This document shows positions 44,622 through 58,372 of a stretch of DNA of 64,000 nt, piece after piece; the stretch's first letter is position 1, and the number at the start of each line of letters is the position of its first letter. A program made the translations under genes and the position numbers. Location of the stretch: assembly GCF_009914755.1 (NCBI RefSeq), contig NC_060929.1; one strand, given 5' to 3'. This stretch comes from the human T2T-CHM13v2.0 reference genome, Homo sapiens. The notes under the pieces are model-generated. The model saw nothing but the letters and a program-made list of their open reading frames with translations. It was not told the DNA's origin and ran no database searches.

Positions 44622-46055
44622 GTATTGTGAACTGATTTGTTAGTAAACGGCAGCGGTTACTGTGTATAATAAAATAGCCTCAGGTTCTGGTCTGTCACGG
44701 CAGTCAGTGGGGCAAAGGTGCTTTTCTGAATTGTTCTCAATTGATTTAAATATTCATATTTAAACTTTCTAACTTATTTCTTCTTCAAATGTGCTTGCAC
44801 TGCCTGTGTCATGTAGGTGTAAACAAAGCAACGATTGAAAAGTTATTAAAAAGATTAAAAACTCTCCTGTGTATATGTGTGTCTGTGCTCTCTGACTTCT
44901 GGTCTTTCTGCCCTGCAAACCTTTGCTTCTCACCCACTATGTCTGGCAGCTCTGGCACCCGGGGGCCCTTTTGCAACCAGATGGCGCCAAAGTAATTGAA
45001 ACACCTTTTACTTTGGAATATTCTTGCTTCTTTCACCTTCCTTGACCCTCCTCTCCTTGCAGAGTTGATTTCCTGTCACCACCCACATTTCACCTACTTT
45101 TTTTGTGGTTAATTTTTAATTAATCTGACCAGTTTTTGCTTGGGGCACAGCGATTCCCAAAGGGAATCCTCTTTTTTGACTTACTGCTATAGACATAGAT
45201 ATTAACTCTCTCTTTAAGAATTAAATACATAAAACTTCCTATTAATGTCTACTGAAAGTGAGATGTCAGAAATAGGGAAGGAATAAAATATGATTCTGGG
45301 AGGTGGCTAGTTGGCCTCTTCCTGCTTGTCAGGGCTCCAGAGTTTAGCTTTATCTAAAATTGAATTAGGTACATTAATAGGTGCCAATATGTGTCAATGT
45401 GAAAAAATGGCAAATGTCAGATCTTCTCACATATACAACATATTTTACATATTATATACTTTTTGTGTATATTACATAAGACTGAGAAATCAAGTCAAGG
45501 ACTTTTAAAATCCAGAGAAAAGACAGCTGTGACTGAGTGTTCTTTTTTAAACTTCAGAGGCCAAAATGAGCATAGGAATGTAATATTTTACTCCTTCTGA
45601 TTGTAAGCTTTCTAATGTATTGCTTCTTAAAATGTTCCTGCTTTTCATCACTTTTAAGTGTGAAGTTTGTGGTGTCCAACTGTGTTAATAGAAAAGAGAG
45701 AGTGAATTGGACAGTAATAATTTAATCTTGAACGCAAAGTTGGGTGGCTCCTACCCCTAAAGTCTCCCTCTTCCACTCCAATTCAGCTACAGGTAGATAA
45801 TTGAGGTTAAGTGTCTGGGTTCTTCTTTGGATTAAGCTATCTGCAAAATTTTTTGCTTAATAAGGCATTTTGAAAGATTAATACATTAATAAACCCAGGT
45901 AAAGGGCAGGATCACTTGAAATCAAACTTTTAAAAGGTGTATAATGGATATTTTGTCATTAGCTTCCTCTACAAGGTAAGGTTAGAACAAATTTCTGAAA
46001 GAATATTAAAAAATGAAATCTGACTCAAATGCAGAAATAATGGATAAATCGCCAA

Positions 46056-46089
46056 CTGCAGTTTTAAACATTTACCACAAGGTGGCAGA
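46056..46089 (+). promoter_or_regulatory. Candidate CTCF site with upstream module
   Basis: CCACAAGGTGGCAG core at 46075-46088 plus CTGCAGT about 18 nt upstream; motif match only. Confidence 0.55.
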
Positions 46090-47558
46090 ACAACTCCATT
46101 AAAAACGCGAAATTTCCTGTCTTGTGTCAAACCTAGTGGCTTTTGGGCATAAGTAACCGCGGGTAGCACAGTCCAACTCATTTCTATGGTTCTAATTTTT
46201 ATAGACTATAAAAACTCTGTGCCATATGGTCTTACTACAGAAGCAGTGGAGTGTGGATGGGCCACGACAGAGCCAGAAGAGCAGCGAGAACGCCAACCAT
46301 CCCTCTAGGGCGGGGGTTCTTAGAGCCTGTTCTCTCCCATAGGGTTTGGCACAGATCTAATGTCTTTAAGCTTCATCTCCATTTTCAGCCTCTGTCTTTT
46401 CTCTATCAGAGGGGCTGCTTACGAGTGAAATCTTTAATTGGCAGTCCAAGGGAAGCGGAGGTCTGGCTAGCTCATCCTGGCATCATCAGCCTAAACTAAT
46501 TGAATTTAACAAGTTCAAAATTACCCGAGGACATGACCATGGCTGGCTGCTTTTTATGGCTTAAAATTAGATGAGACAGTAGGCCCTTGAGGACAGGGCA
46601 TCTGATGGTCTCCCATAGCGTAAGGTGTGAAGTTTACAGTGGGTGATCGATATTTATTTATTGAATGGCGTGCCATCGAGTTCAACTGGGAGTCATTCAC
46701 TTGTTGAGTGTCCGTGCTATGTCAAGCATCATTCTTATAATATGGAGCACATGGACAAAGTCTCGCTACTCACTGGTTTGCATCCTAGGGAGAGAAGGCC
46801 GACAATAAATGAATAAACAAGTGTTCAATTATGGAGGCTGCAAACCATCACTATCCACGTGTGCCCTTAATGTGTGCTGTGGAAGAGACAAAGAACAAGG
46901 CATAGACCCTCTCCCTAAAGAACAGACGGTCTCCTGTGGCTGGTTCGTGGCCTCTGCTGCTAGTACTTCTACTATGGCAGTCACTGGTCTGGTGATCTCT
47001 GACTGTGGTGGGATCTAGAGCAGCCCAGCTACGCGCGCCACTATGGCCACCGTCTGAGTCTGGTTTCTTTTCCCAACTGCTGTATATGTTGATATCGTGA
47101 ATCTCAAACATTGAGAAAAGGAGTTAAGGCCAGACATGATATTCTTTCTTTAACTTTCAATCTGTCCTCTAGAATATAAGAGGTCAGCCTGACCCAAAAG
47201 ACAACTTCAGTCTGGGCACAGAGAACTCAATTCACATTGTGGTTTGCACAAGGTAAATGTTGTTACTTGAGTTTTCAGGGTGTCCTTACTGTCATCCCTT
47301 GTTGTTTTAAGGGGTGATTGGGTGAAAATTGCCATCCATCTCAAACATCGACTTTGCGTGAAGGACGCTCTTGTTGTCAAGTGTTTGTTTGATTCTATAG
47401 GCTTTTATTTCTGGGAGGAAACTGAGTCAGTATAGATAAGGTAATCAAGTTTAGAGATAGCAAAGTGATTTACCCAAGGTCATACATTTTGGGACACTGC
47501 AGGGCAGCTTTTCAGAAGTAGAATGGTTATTCATTTTCTTGTTTTTTATGTATTTTAG

Positions 47559-47597
47559 GTGGAATGTAGAAATTTTCCAGGTTCTTCACAATCAGAG
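47559..47597 (+). CDS. ARHGEF28: ARHGEF28 exon w18, 39-nt mini-exon (VECRNFPGSSQSE)
   Basis: ttttag|GTG acceptor, GAG|gtgagc donor, phase 0 to 0. Confidence 0.88.
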
Positions 47598-47694
47598 GTG
47601 AGCTGCTGCACATACCTTAAATGTATCACCAGCCTTTATTTGTGGATAATGAAAGCTTTTTCAAGAATTTGACACTTACAATTTTGTTTTTCAG

Positions 47695-47742
47695 ATTATA
47701 CAAGCCATACAGAATTTAACCCGTCTCTTATACAGCCTTCAG
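47695..47742 (+). CDS. ARHGEF28: ARHGEF28 exon w19, 48-nt mini-exon (IIQAIQNLTRLLYSLQ)
   Basis: ttttcag|ATT acceptor, CAG|gtaact donor, phase 0 to 0. Confidence 0.92.
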
Positions 47743-48369
47743 GTAACTATCCTCCTCTAATCTTTGACCTTGTGAATGGTTCTCTTAATGCAATTCTCTT
47801 TGATGATTCCCAGACTTTAAAAATGAGAACAAGTGAGAGGTAGGGAATGATCTTAAAAGAATGACAACCTTCTAAGTGTGATGTGTTGGACTCACATGGT
47901 TTTGTAATCAGAGGCAACACCATGACTACATTTTATACCATTCTTCTCTGAAATCATAAAACAGTTCATATCTTTAAAAAATATTGATGAATATGATCTG
48001 GCTTGACATTTACAATGAAACTCTTAGGTGAGTGTAGCATGACTTCACATTTTCTGATGAAAACCTAAATTCACACCTAAAATTCTTTGACTTCTCCATG
48101 TGGCCATCAGCCTTTAGAGCAGTTAAGTAATCCATATGTTGCTTTACTCTTTTGTTTGTTCATCCACTCAACATTTATTAATTTATTAATGTTGAGGGGA
48201 TGAACACACAGTGCCTGTCTCTGTGCTGACTGTGCTGAGGGCTGAGCACACAAAGGCAAATTAGCCACACAGCCTGCTCTCAAATAGCTTACTGCCTTTC
48301 AAGGAAGAGCAGACATAAAAAAGAAATCATGCTTGCATTTAGGATTAAATGGTTGGATGATCCCTTAGG

Positions 48370-48710
48370 CTGGGGTCCCCAAACCCCAGGGTGCAGAGTG
48401 TTACCTGTCTGGGCTGCACAGCAGGAGGTGAGCTGGGGGCAAGCGAGCAGTACCACCTGAACTCCGCCTCCTGTGAGATCAGTGGCAGCATTAGATTCTT
48501 ATAGGAGCGTGAACCCTATTGTGAACTGTGCATGCAATCTAGGGATCTAGGTTGCCCCCTCCTTATGAGAATCTAATGCTTGATGATCTGAGGTGGTACG
48601 CTTTCATCCTGAAACCATTCTCACCACATCCCAGCCCATCCATTAAAAAAAAAAAAAAAACTGTCTTCCACAAAACAGGTCCCTGATGTCAAAAAGGTTG
48701 GAGACCACTA
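48370..48710. mobile_element. MER1B (hAT-Charlie)
   Basis: ggggtccccaaacccc...gcattagattcttataggagcgtgaaccctattgtgaactg...aaaaaggttggagaccact; ccttag on both flanks. Confidence 0.85.
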
Positions 48711-49443
48711 CCTTAGACCATGCAAAGAAAGAGGCTCAGTGTGTCCGATGGCTTAATTTACTCATTAAAATGTATCTCGAAAGGATATACATGCAATGTT
48801 TGGATTGTTGAAAAATTTGTAGAAAAATTTGAGAATACAAGTAAATGAAAGAAAATGATTTCTGATTCTACAAAGAGAATTAAAATTATCATGTTGGTGT
48901 ATAAGGCTCCAGATTTTAGAATTGTTCTCTGTGCACTCTTCTGTAACATGTAACTTTCTCTGTCATCAACTATTATTCTATTGCATACTTTTTAATGATT
49001 ATATATTAAATTCAACTCTGTGGGGTTTATTCAATCCCTTATTGTTTACACTTTTGTATTATTAACAACACTGTAGAGGACATCCTTGTGTACTCATCTC
49101 TTTGAATACATCTGACTATTTCCTTAGGGTAAATGAGAAGAATTATTTTGTTTAGGTTTTCAATAGACTTTGCCAAAATAATCAAATCAACCACCATTCT
49201 CTCTTTTTCTTCCATTTGAAGATGGATTAGGGTATCTGATTATTTTATTTGTACTTCTTTGATTACTACTGAGACAAAACATTTTTCCCTCACTGGTTTA
49301 TTATTCATTCATGCTTCATATCTTGTTGAATTTAAAAGAAAATAAAATGAAGCCTAAGTTTTCAGCAGAAAATATAAAGGCATGCTGCATTCGATGTTTT
49401 GTTATTTAGACTTCGACTCTATCAAGACTTCTTTCTCTTATGA

Positions 49444-49859
<416 letters not shown>

Positions 49860-52748
49860 CACAAGAGCTCTTAAACAAGTTTCTTATCTCTTGCCAACAT
49901 CATTAAGTTAAAATTTCATTATATTTTTGAAATAAATTGGAGAGAATCAACACCTTTACCATAATCACTTACTTGTCTTATAAAAGAACATCGGTCAGTC
50001 ATCTCTTATTCTATGATTTGCTGGAGAGCTTTGTAATTGTCTTCATATGGTATGATATGCGTGTATATGTATTTTTTTCACTAAGTTTATTCATATGTCT
50101 CTTTGCTGCTATTGTGAATAATTTTTTTTTTCATTTTGTGTCCCCAGTGGTTGTTGCTAATATAAATAAAGGTATTGATTTTGGGGTACTTATATTGTAA
50201 CTGGTAAACTCATTGAACTTTATTTTTCATTTTAATAGTTTTTCCATTGATATTTTGAAGTATTCCAGGTAGAAAATAAAAATTAGAAAATAATGATATT
50301 ATGGCTATTTGTCAATAATTACATGAATTTCATTTTCTTGGCTTACTGCTTAGGCTAGGACTTTTGAAAATGTGTTAAATCACAGTGGTAATAGCAAGCT
50401 CTTTGTCTTGTTCAAGATTTAGTGAGAATGCTTTTAGTGTCTTAGGTTAGATGTGAGGTTCTGGAGTTGATGTTCTTAGCAATCAATGTATCATGTAAGA
50501 CAACTAATCTTTCTTTTAAATGTCAGCTGGGAAGGGATACAGTTTGAGCACCAGCCATTAACTTGGGGGATGAAAACATTGAGCATCCTGGCTAGTGTTG
50601 CCGGATGAAAACACTCACAAGGTCATGTGTCTTCTTTTCAACCCTGAATGCAGCCCTGTGTAGATTCAAGGTTCGGAAAAGCTGGATCACCTGAATGACC
50701 TAATTTTTGCAACACATTAGGTTAAACCAACATGGGAAATATCAAAGTCTACAGTGAATTATTTTAATCTGAGCTGGTCCAAGGCCATGGGCTTTGAAAG
50801 ATTTCTGTTCATGGCACAGTCGTCTTTTTTGAAGCTGAATGTCTTATATGTGACTGAAGTTTTTACATAAACAATTTTGAATCAGGTGGAATGAAATTTG
50901 ATCCCTATATCAGGAAAATAGAGTTAGAAATGAGGCATAGACAGGGCTAAAAGGAAAAGACACAGATATTCTAGCAAAGTAAAGTTAAGAGAGTGAATTG
51001 GGAATTTCCCTAAACTTGAAAAGCAAGTGCTGTTCTCTGTCCTAAATATAAATGTAAACTTTAAGTGTGAAGATTATTCATTTAGCTTTAAATGAATATT
51101 TAAATTTAGATGAATATCCGATCTTCAGATTCCAGCTCTATGCAAGGGAAAAGAATGGCCTTATCCCAAATGTTAGATAGACATGAAGAATACCTCACAG
51201 AAGCACTTAATTACTGTAGCTGTAACTCTTACGTGAGAGTTATTGTCTGTGGTAGTTTTGACATATAAAGTATGGGATTTTTGTTTGTCTTACCATACTG
51301 GTCCCTAAAGATTTATTAGAATTAAGTGGTGATGTATAGTCTACAATTTTCTTTAGCCAGATCAACAGAGTCCTGAGTGGCTTATTGTGTGCTAATTATT
51401 TCATATTTAAAGATCATAGTAATTAATACCTATTCTGGATGATAATCATTGTTTTATTTATAACAACTCCCAAAAGCCACTAAATATTCATGTGTCTGAA
51501 ATTTTAAAGATTAGTTTCCAAATTTAAAAATATGAATTTTTGTTCAAAAGGCCCCAGTGAATACATTTTTGAGTCGTATTCCAAGACAAGTATGAATTTA
51601 AAATATACCTTAGTTCTTTAACTTTCAAAAGTATAGGAAACTGCTGAGCTGACAAAGAACATATGGTCAAATCCCCATCTTCCCAACATCTGTTATATGG
51701 ACAGTTTAAAAAATTCTTAGGAAGGAAAAATGTGAATTTATCCCTAGGAGAGAAATGATTTCTCATATGGGGTCAAAACATACACACATACTCAGTATGT
51801 GTCCATTTTCAATTTGTCCCTTCTGTACTGCTTTGCACTCTAAATGGGAACTTTTAAAATTAAAAGCTTCCAAGGGCATTCACAGAGATCTCTTTGGTTT
51901 TGTGGAATCCTTCCAAATCTTGGTAATTATTTCCTGTGATGTTGCCAAACTTTTCATAGGCAGATACCGTAACTCAAAATGTTTTTTTAATCTGGTTGGT
52001 AATGTCCTCTGGGCTTTAGAGTATCTATTTTCCCTTAATCATTTCAGCCTCCTGTTAGCGATCTATTAAACAAATAAATTTCAGCTTAGTTTTTTGTGCA
52101 TGACCTTCCTGCTATAATACAAAGATATAACAGTAATGAGACTAGCTTTAGCCACTTACATATCTCCTAAAAATGGTATTAACTGCTATTCTTAGGCATT
52201 ATGTTATAAAAACATTATTTACCTAAAGTCTCCAAATAGTTGTTTTTTATTTTTATGTCTTCATAATGCAATGTAGCTCAAGTAATTTCTGGTTTGGGAC
52301 TCAAAGGAAGGATACTACTAGGTTTATGTGGATTCTTAAGTTCTCATGAATGATTGACTAGGGAGAGACCTCAGCAAGAGAGTGAGATGTAGGACAGGAA
52401 TGCACAGCCTTGTGAATTTATGTGCCGAGTTCGTATTCAGAAGACTCGCTTAACTATCACCCAACCACCAGCAGCAAACTACCTTCCCACAGGAGAGGAT
52501 GATATTGCTTTTGGGCTTTGTTTCTTTTCTCTATAAATTCACAGGTCCTACCCCTAGGACAGATGTAGACACACCTCTCTGGAACGCCAAAAACCTTGCC
52601 TTTGGAGGTAACTTAGAAAAAGGCCAGAAATATTAAGAGAAGTGAATTCGGGCCTGCGTTTTGTGTTTCGAGGTAGTTCCAACCGAAAGGGTAAACAATA
52701 ACCATGGAACCTTGTGTTCAGTGATTTTTCCTCTGTCTGCTCTGACAG

Positions 52749-53234
52749 GCCGCCTTGACCATTCAGGACAGCCACATTGAGATCCACAGGCTGGTTCTCC
52801 AGCAGCAGGAGGGCCTGTCTCTCGGCCACTCTATCCTCCGAGGCGGCCCCTTGCAGGACCAGAAGTCTCGCGACGCGGACAGGCAGCATGAGGAGCTGGC
52901 CAATGTGCACCAGCTTCAGCACCAGCTCCAGCAGGAGCAGCGGCGCTGGCTGCGCAGGTGTGAGCAGCAGCAGCGGGCGCAGGCGACCAGGGAGAGCTGG
53001 CTGCAGGAGCGGGAGCGGGAGTGCCAGTCGCAGGAGGAGCTGCTGCTGCGGAGCCGGGGCGAGCTGGACCTCCAGCTCCAGGAGTACCAGCACAGCCTGG
53101 AGCGGCTGAGGGAGGGCCAGCGCCTGGTGGAGAGGGAGCAGGCGAGGATGCGGGCCCAGCAGAGCCTGCTGGGCCACTGGAAGCACGGCCGGCAGAGGAG
53201 CCTGCCCGCGGTGCTCCTTCCGGGTGGCCCCGAG
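52749..53234 (+). CDS. ARHGEF28: ARHGEF28 exon w20, GC-rich coiled-coil exon (AALTIQDSH...LPGGPE)
   Basis: ctgacag|GCC acceptor, GAG|gtatgg donor; 162 codons, Q/E/R-rich helical sequence. Confidence 0.95.
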
Positions 53235-53435
53235 GTATGGACCTTCTGCGGTGCTGTGAGGCAGCCTCTCAAAGACAGGGGTGGGCCTGGGGGCTCCTAG
53301 GACACTAACCAAACATCTGTCATTTTGGATTTGTGTAAGAAGACCTCATGAGGATTTTTCAATTTGTAGGTAGCCAAAGCTGGAAGCTTTCAGAGATAAC
53401 GCATATCCATTTTGACTTAAAATATGGACAGTGCG

Positions 53436-53743
<308 letters not shown>

Positions 53744-54611
53744 GGACAATGTGAGGGCCCAAGTCCTATGGGATCACTGCACTCTGCCTGAGATGCCCTT
53801 ACCCTAAGGAACAAACACAGAATCAAGTTGTCCTAGAAAGGCCAGGGTGGGTTTGTCCTGGAGGCACACTCACTGCGAGCGTGCTCTTTTTCCAGTATTT
53901 GAAGGACTCTCTTTATATGATCTGTCTTAAGAGTTCTATTAGATGTAGCTTTTAGAAGATCAATTAACTATGAATATATACTATAGGCACTGAATTTAGC
54001 AAGTATAGTACTATTCTGTTATGCTGAGCTTCTTCTCTCTTTGTAAATTTGATATAGTAAATTCAAAATCCATTTCACTAATAAGAGTTATTTATTTGTG
54101 TCTTTTCTAATCATGCTTGAGAATCCTATTCGTCCCAGAAATTTATTTTCCTGTGTTATGTGCATGTATGTTTTTTTACTGATAGTGCCTAAAGTTGTAG
54201 AAGTTGATAAGCTTACAAGATCTCTGTTGCAATCTGTTTTTCCTTTTAAGTTGGCTAAATTATGTTTATTGCAAACTCCTCATGTATATATGGATATGTT
54301 TTCAACTTTTTTATTTAGCAAAAGTAAAAACTGCTGCTTTCTCTGATTAAAATAAAGTGGAAACACTTTAATGTCATAGAGTGCCACTTTTTTTGTTGTT
54401 GTTGTTAAAGATATGCCATGCATAGCAAATTGAAGTTTTTGGTACTAGCTCATTAAAAGAGTATGGGAGAGGGGAGGGAGAAAAGAAGTGGTAATCTTGA
54501 CCTCACTTTTACTGAAATCTTGATTCCTAAGATTCTCTCAGGAATAAATACTTTATGAAACTTGTATAAGTTAGAAAAATTATTGTACTTTTCCTCTGTT
54601 TCTTTACACAG

Positions 54612-54912
54612 GTAATGGAACTTAATCGATCTGAGAGTTTATGTCATGAAAACTCATTCTTCATCAATGAAGCTTTAGTACAAATGTCATTTAACACTTT
54701 CAACAAACTGAATCCATCAGTTATCCATCAGGATGCCACTTACCCTACAACTCAATCTCATTCTGACTTGGTGAGGACTAGTGAACATCAAGTAGACCTC
54801 AAGGTGGACCCTTCTCAGCCTTCGAATGTCAGTCACAAACTGTGGACAGCCGCTGGTTCCGGCCATCAGATACTTCCTTTCCATGAAAGCAGCAAGGATT
54901 CTTGTAAAAATG
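54612..54912 (+). CDS. ARHGEF28: ARHGEF28 exon w21 (VMELNRSE...KDSCKN)
   Basis: ttacacag|GTA acceptor, ATG|gtaatt donor (phase 1); no further exon identified in the window. Confidence 0.92.
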
Positions 54913-57499
54913 GTAATTAACACTTTAAACATCATCTGTATAGTTTGAACAAGAAGTTGTCCCTCTGAATGGTTGGCTCTTGTGTAGAGTGAATCAAAGT
55001 CCTCCCTAGCATGGGAATAAATCGGTACTGATGAGCTGGAGTTTGTGGCATTCACTTTTCTTTGGGGAAGTCTGGGGACAGCCTTTGCTTGTAAGTTACC
55101 TAGACAAGTGAGACCATGGTCATAGGGCTTAGAGAATGCTCACAACATGTGAGAACCAGACAGGATTTTTAGATGTGTGGGTTAAAATAATAATGTCCTC
55201 TTAAAAGTAAAGCAACTTGATATTTACTCCCCACTATTGTGGACCCCACTACATCCTGAAACACCTATGTTGACACTCAGAAATAATAACAGATACCAAC
55301 AGGGTTGGTAGTGGGACTTTATCAGGGCAATTTCCTGTAACGTTAGTGAAATCTTCTGTACTGCTATTAAACACCCAAAATGAAACTGTTAACATCATTT
55401 GTCATTGTAAAAAAAAAAAAAAGTGTTGTCTCTCCATAAGTACCTCATAATAACACAATTTGCTAATCCCATTAAAGCATTTGCCAAGTATAAATGAAAG
55501 GCAGCTCGTGTTACCAGCTCCACATGAATCCGAATGATTTAAATCTATGTCTATTATAAATTGTTTTCTGGGGGATATGAGGTAGGGAATGAGAAGAACT
55601 TGAAACCTCTCTACCGAAAAACAGATGGCATGCAATAGAATAAACAAATGGCTGGCCACATGGATGTGAAATAAATCACCCACAGCAAAATGTTTCAGAA
55701 ACATAAAACAAGCAGTAGTATAGAAGTCTTCAGAACTGGATACAGATTTGTTTCTATGCTTAATATATATTCTTAGTTTGTCAGTTGGAGGATAATTTTT
55801 CAGCAACAAAAAGGTTTGAAGGTATTTGGCTTCTCCCAATTCAAGAGTAATAATTCTGATACTGCTTATAAGTTGATTTATTACTGATCCAAAAGATGTT
55901 GATTCTTAATAGTGGCTAATTCTTTACATTACTTAAGTCACCGTGGTAACATTCTTCTTTCTTGTCAGCATATAGGAGAGAATGAAATAGTTTTTTAAAG
56001 TATTATTTCAGATATTCTTTAGGTAAAGAAAAAATATGATGGAATCGTTCAGATTAAATAAAAGGTCAAGCCAAATTTTGAAAAATGTAACTTCTTTAAT
56101 ATATTATCTTACAACTTTACTACAATAGAGAGCAGATTGCAGAATTCTTTTTCTAAGCACATGTTGCTTTGCTGTGTTGGTTCATTAATCTGCTATTTAC
56201 AGTGCTTCATGTGGTTTTGTCAGCATGGTTTTACATACTGGCTTTGGTATAATTCCGAAACTCAGTTTGAGTTAAACCACATTCAGCTTTTGTTTAAAAG
56301 AAGCATGTCTCTTACTTTTTGTGTATCTCCCATCTTTTTCTATTGACTTGTGCTTCAAAGTAAAACTTTTTAAACCATTTGGCAGCATACTTGCAGTAGA
56401 TAGAAAATGTACTAAGGAAATAAACAGTGATTATATACAAAACCAGTCTATCCACATGTAAGGAATTAGAGCCAAAGGAAATGCTGAGAAATGTACTTAC
56501 GCTTAAGAAATTGTATGTCCAGAGTAGGCCAAGGACGCTCAGGACATTGACAGGAGAGAAGAAAGTCAACTGTGGCTTAAATCTCTCAGGAACATCCTGG
56601 TTTATATAAGTAGGGATTACATCAGAAATGCTGTGTGTACTGTTCACCACTGGAGTTTTGCAGCTAGTCAAAAAACCTTATTTATGTTTACTTCATGATA
56701 AGCAATTTCTACAGGGGAGAAAAGAAAGTCAGAGAATAGGCGGTGATAAGAAAGTGGATTGAGAATAGGATATATACACTTAAAAGAGTGGTCAAGGCTA
56801 GATAAAATTATTCAAACCCTCCAGAGCTTTCACAGCTTTTATCATTGACAGTAACACAACATCAGCCACTGGTGATGGCCTTAGCTAGGCTCCGTGGGCG
56901 CTTGCCACACATGATCTTGGGGGACAGTGACTGCGGGGGGCCGGACAGGAAGAAGCAGGCTCCAGGGTGTGCTGGGTGGTAACAGCTGATGTGCCAGAAC
57001 CAAGGACCAGGCAGTGTTGTTGTCCCCTCTTCTGTGTTTTGCTGCTGAATCTGGGTGAGTGGCCATCAGTGACCACTACTGAGGATCTCCATAGTTCACT
57101 GTAATCTGGCTAACATAATTTGCCTATAATGTTGTGGGCTGGTATTTTAGCTAAATGTGTACTTAACCATGATTTCATTCAGGCTTCAGTCACTCTTTCA
57201 TTGTTAGGCCATAACGTCTGCCGTTCCAGGTAACATCTTAAAGAATGGTTTGCCCTTTTGCCTAGTCTGGTACTGTGGATAGATGATCAGCTCAGATCAG
57301 TGAAAATGTGAATTTCTGGAACAGTAAGGCTGATGGGAAAAATTGTATATAAAAACAATTCTCCAATGTGTTTAGATACCACCTAGATAGGAATTTCTGT
57401 TGGTTTTTTCAGTACAGCCTCAGCAGACATTTTTGTGCTCTAATTGTGATTGGTTTCTGAATTGCTCTACCCCCACCCCTGCCACCAGTAATTATATGA

Positions 57500-58030
<531 letters not shown>

Positions 58031-58067
58031 AAATTATTAATTTCTAGAAAGCTGTTTTGAGCTGTAC

Positions 58068-58372
58068 TTTTTTTGAGATTGAGAGTCTCACTCTGTCGCC
58101 CAGGTTGGAGTTCAGTGGCGTGATTTTCAATCACTGCAACCTCCACCTCCTGGGCTCCATCCACCTCCTGGACTCACTGCAACCTCCCACTTCAGCCTCC
58201 TGAGTAGATGGGACTACAGACTTGCACTATGCCCAGCTAATTTTTGGCTTTTTTGTAGAGACGGGGTTTCCCCATATTGCCCAGGCGGGTCTTGAACTCC
58301 TGGACTGAAGCGATTGGCTGTTTCAGCCTCCCAAAGTGCTGGGATTATAGGCATGAGCCACAGTGCCCAGCC
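58068..58372 (-). mobile_element. AluJ-type with internal micro-duplication
   Basis: Antisense Alu; TSD gag(c/t)tgtacttttt; duplicated cactgcaacctcc/ccacctcctgg. Confidence 0.85.

Noticed and set aside
52554-53312. 252-aa minus-strand ORF and other overlapping ORFs over exon w20
   Set aside because: Shadow ORFs of a GC-rich CAG/GAG/CTG-biased coding exon; low-complexity product with no independent gene signals.
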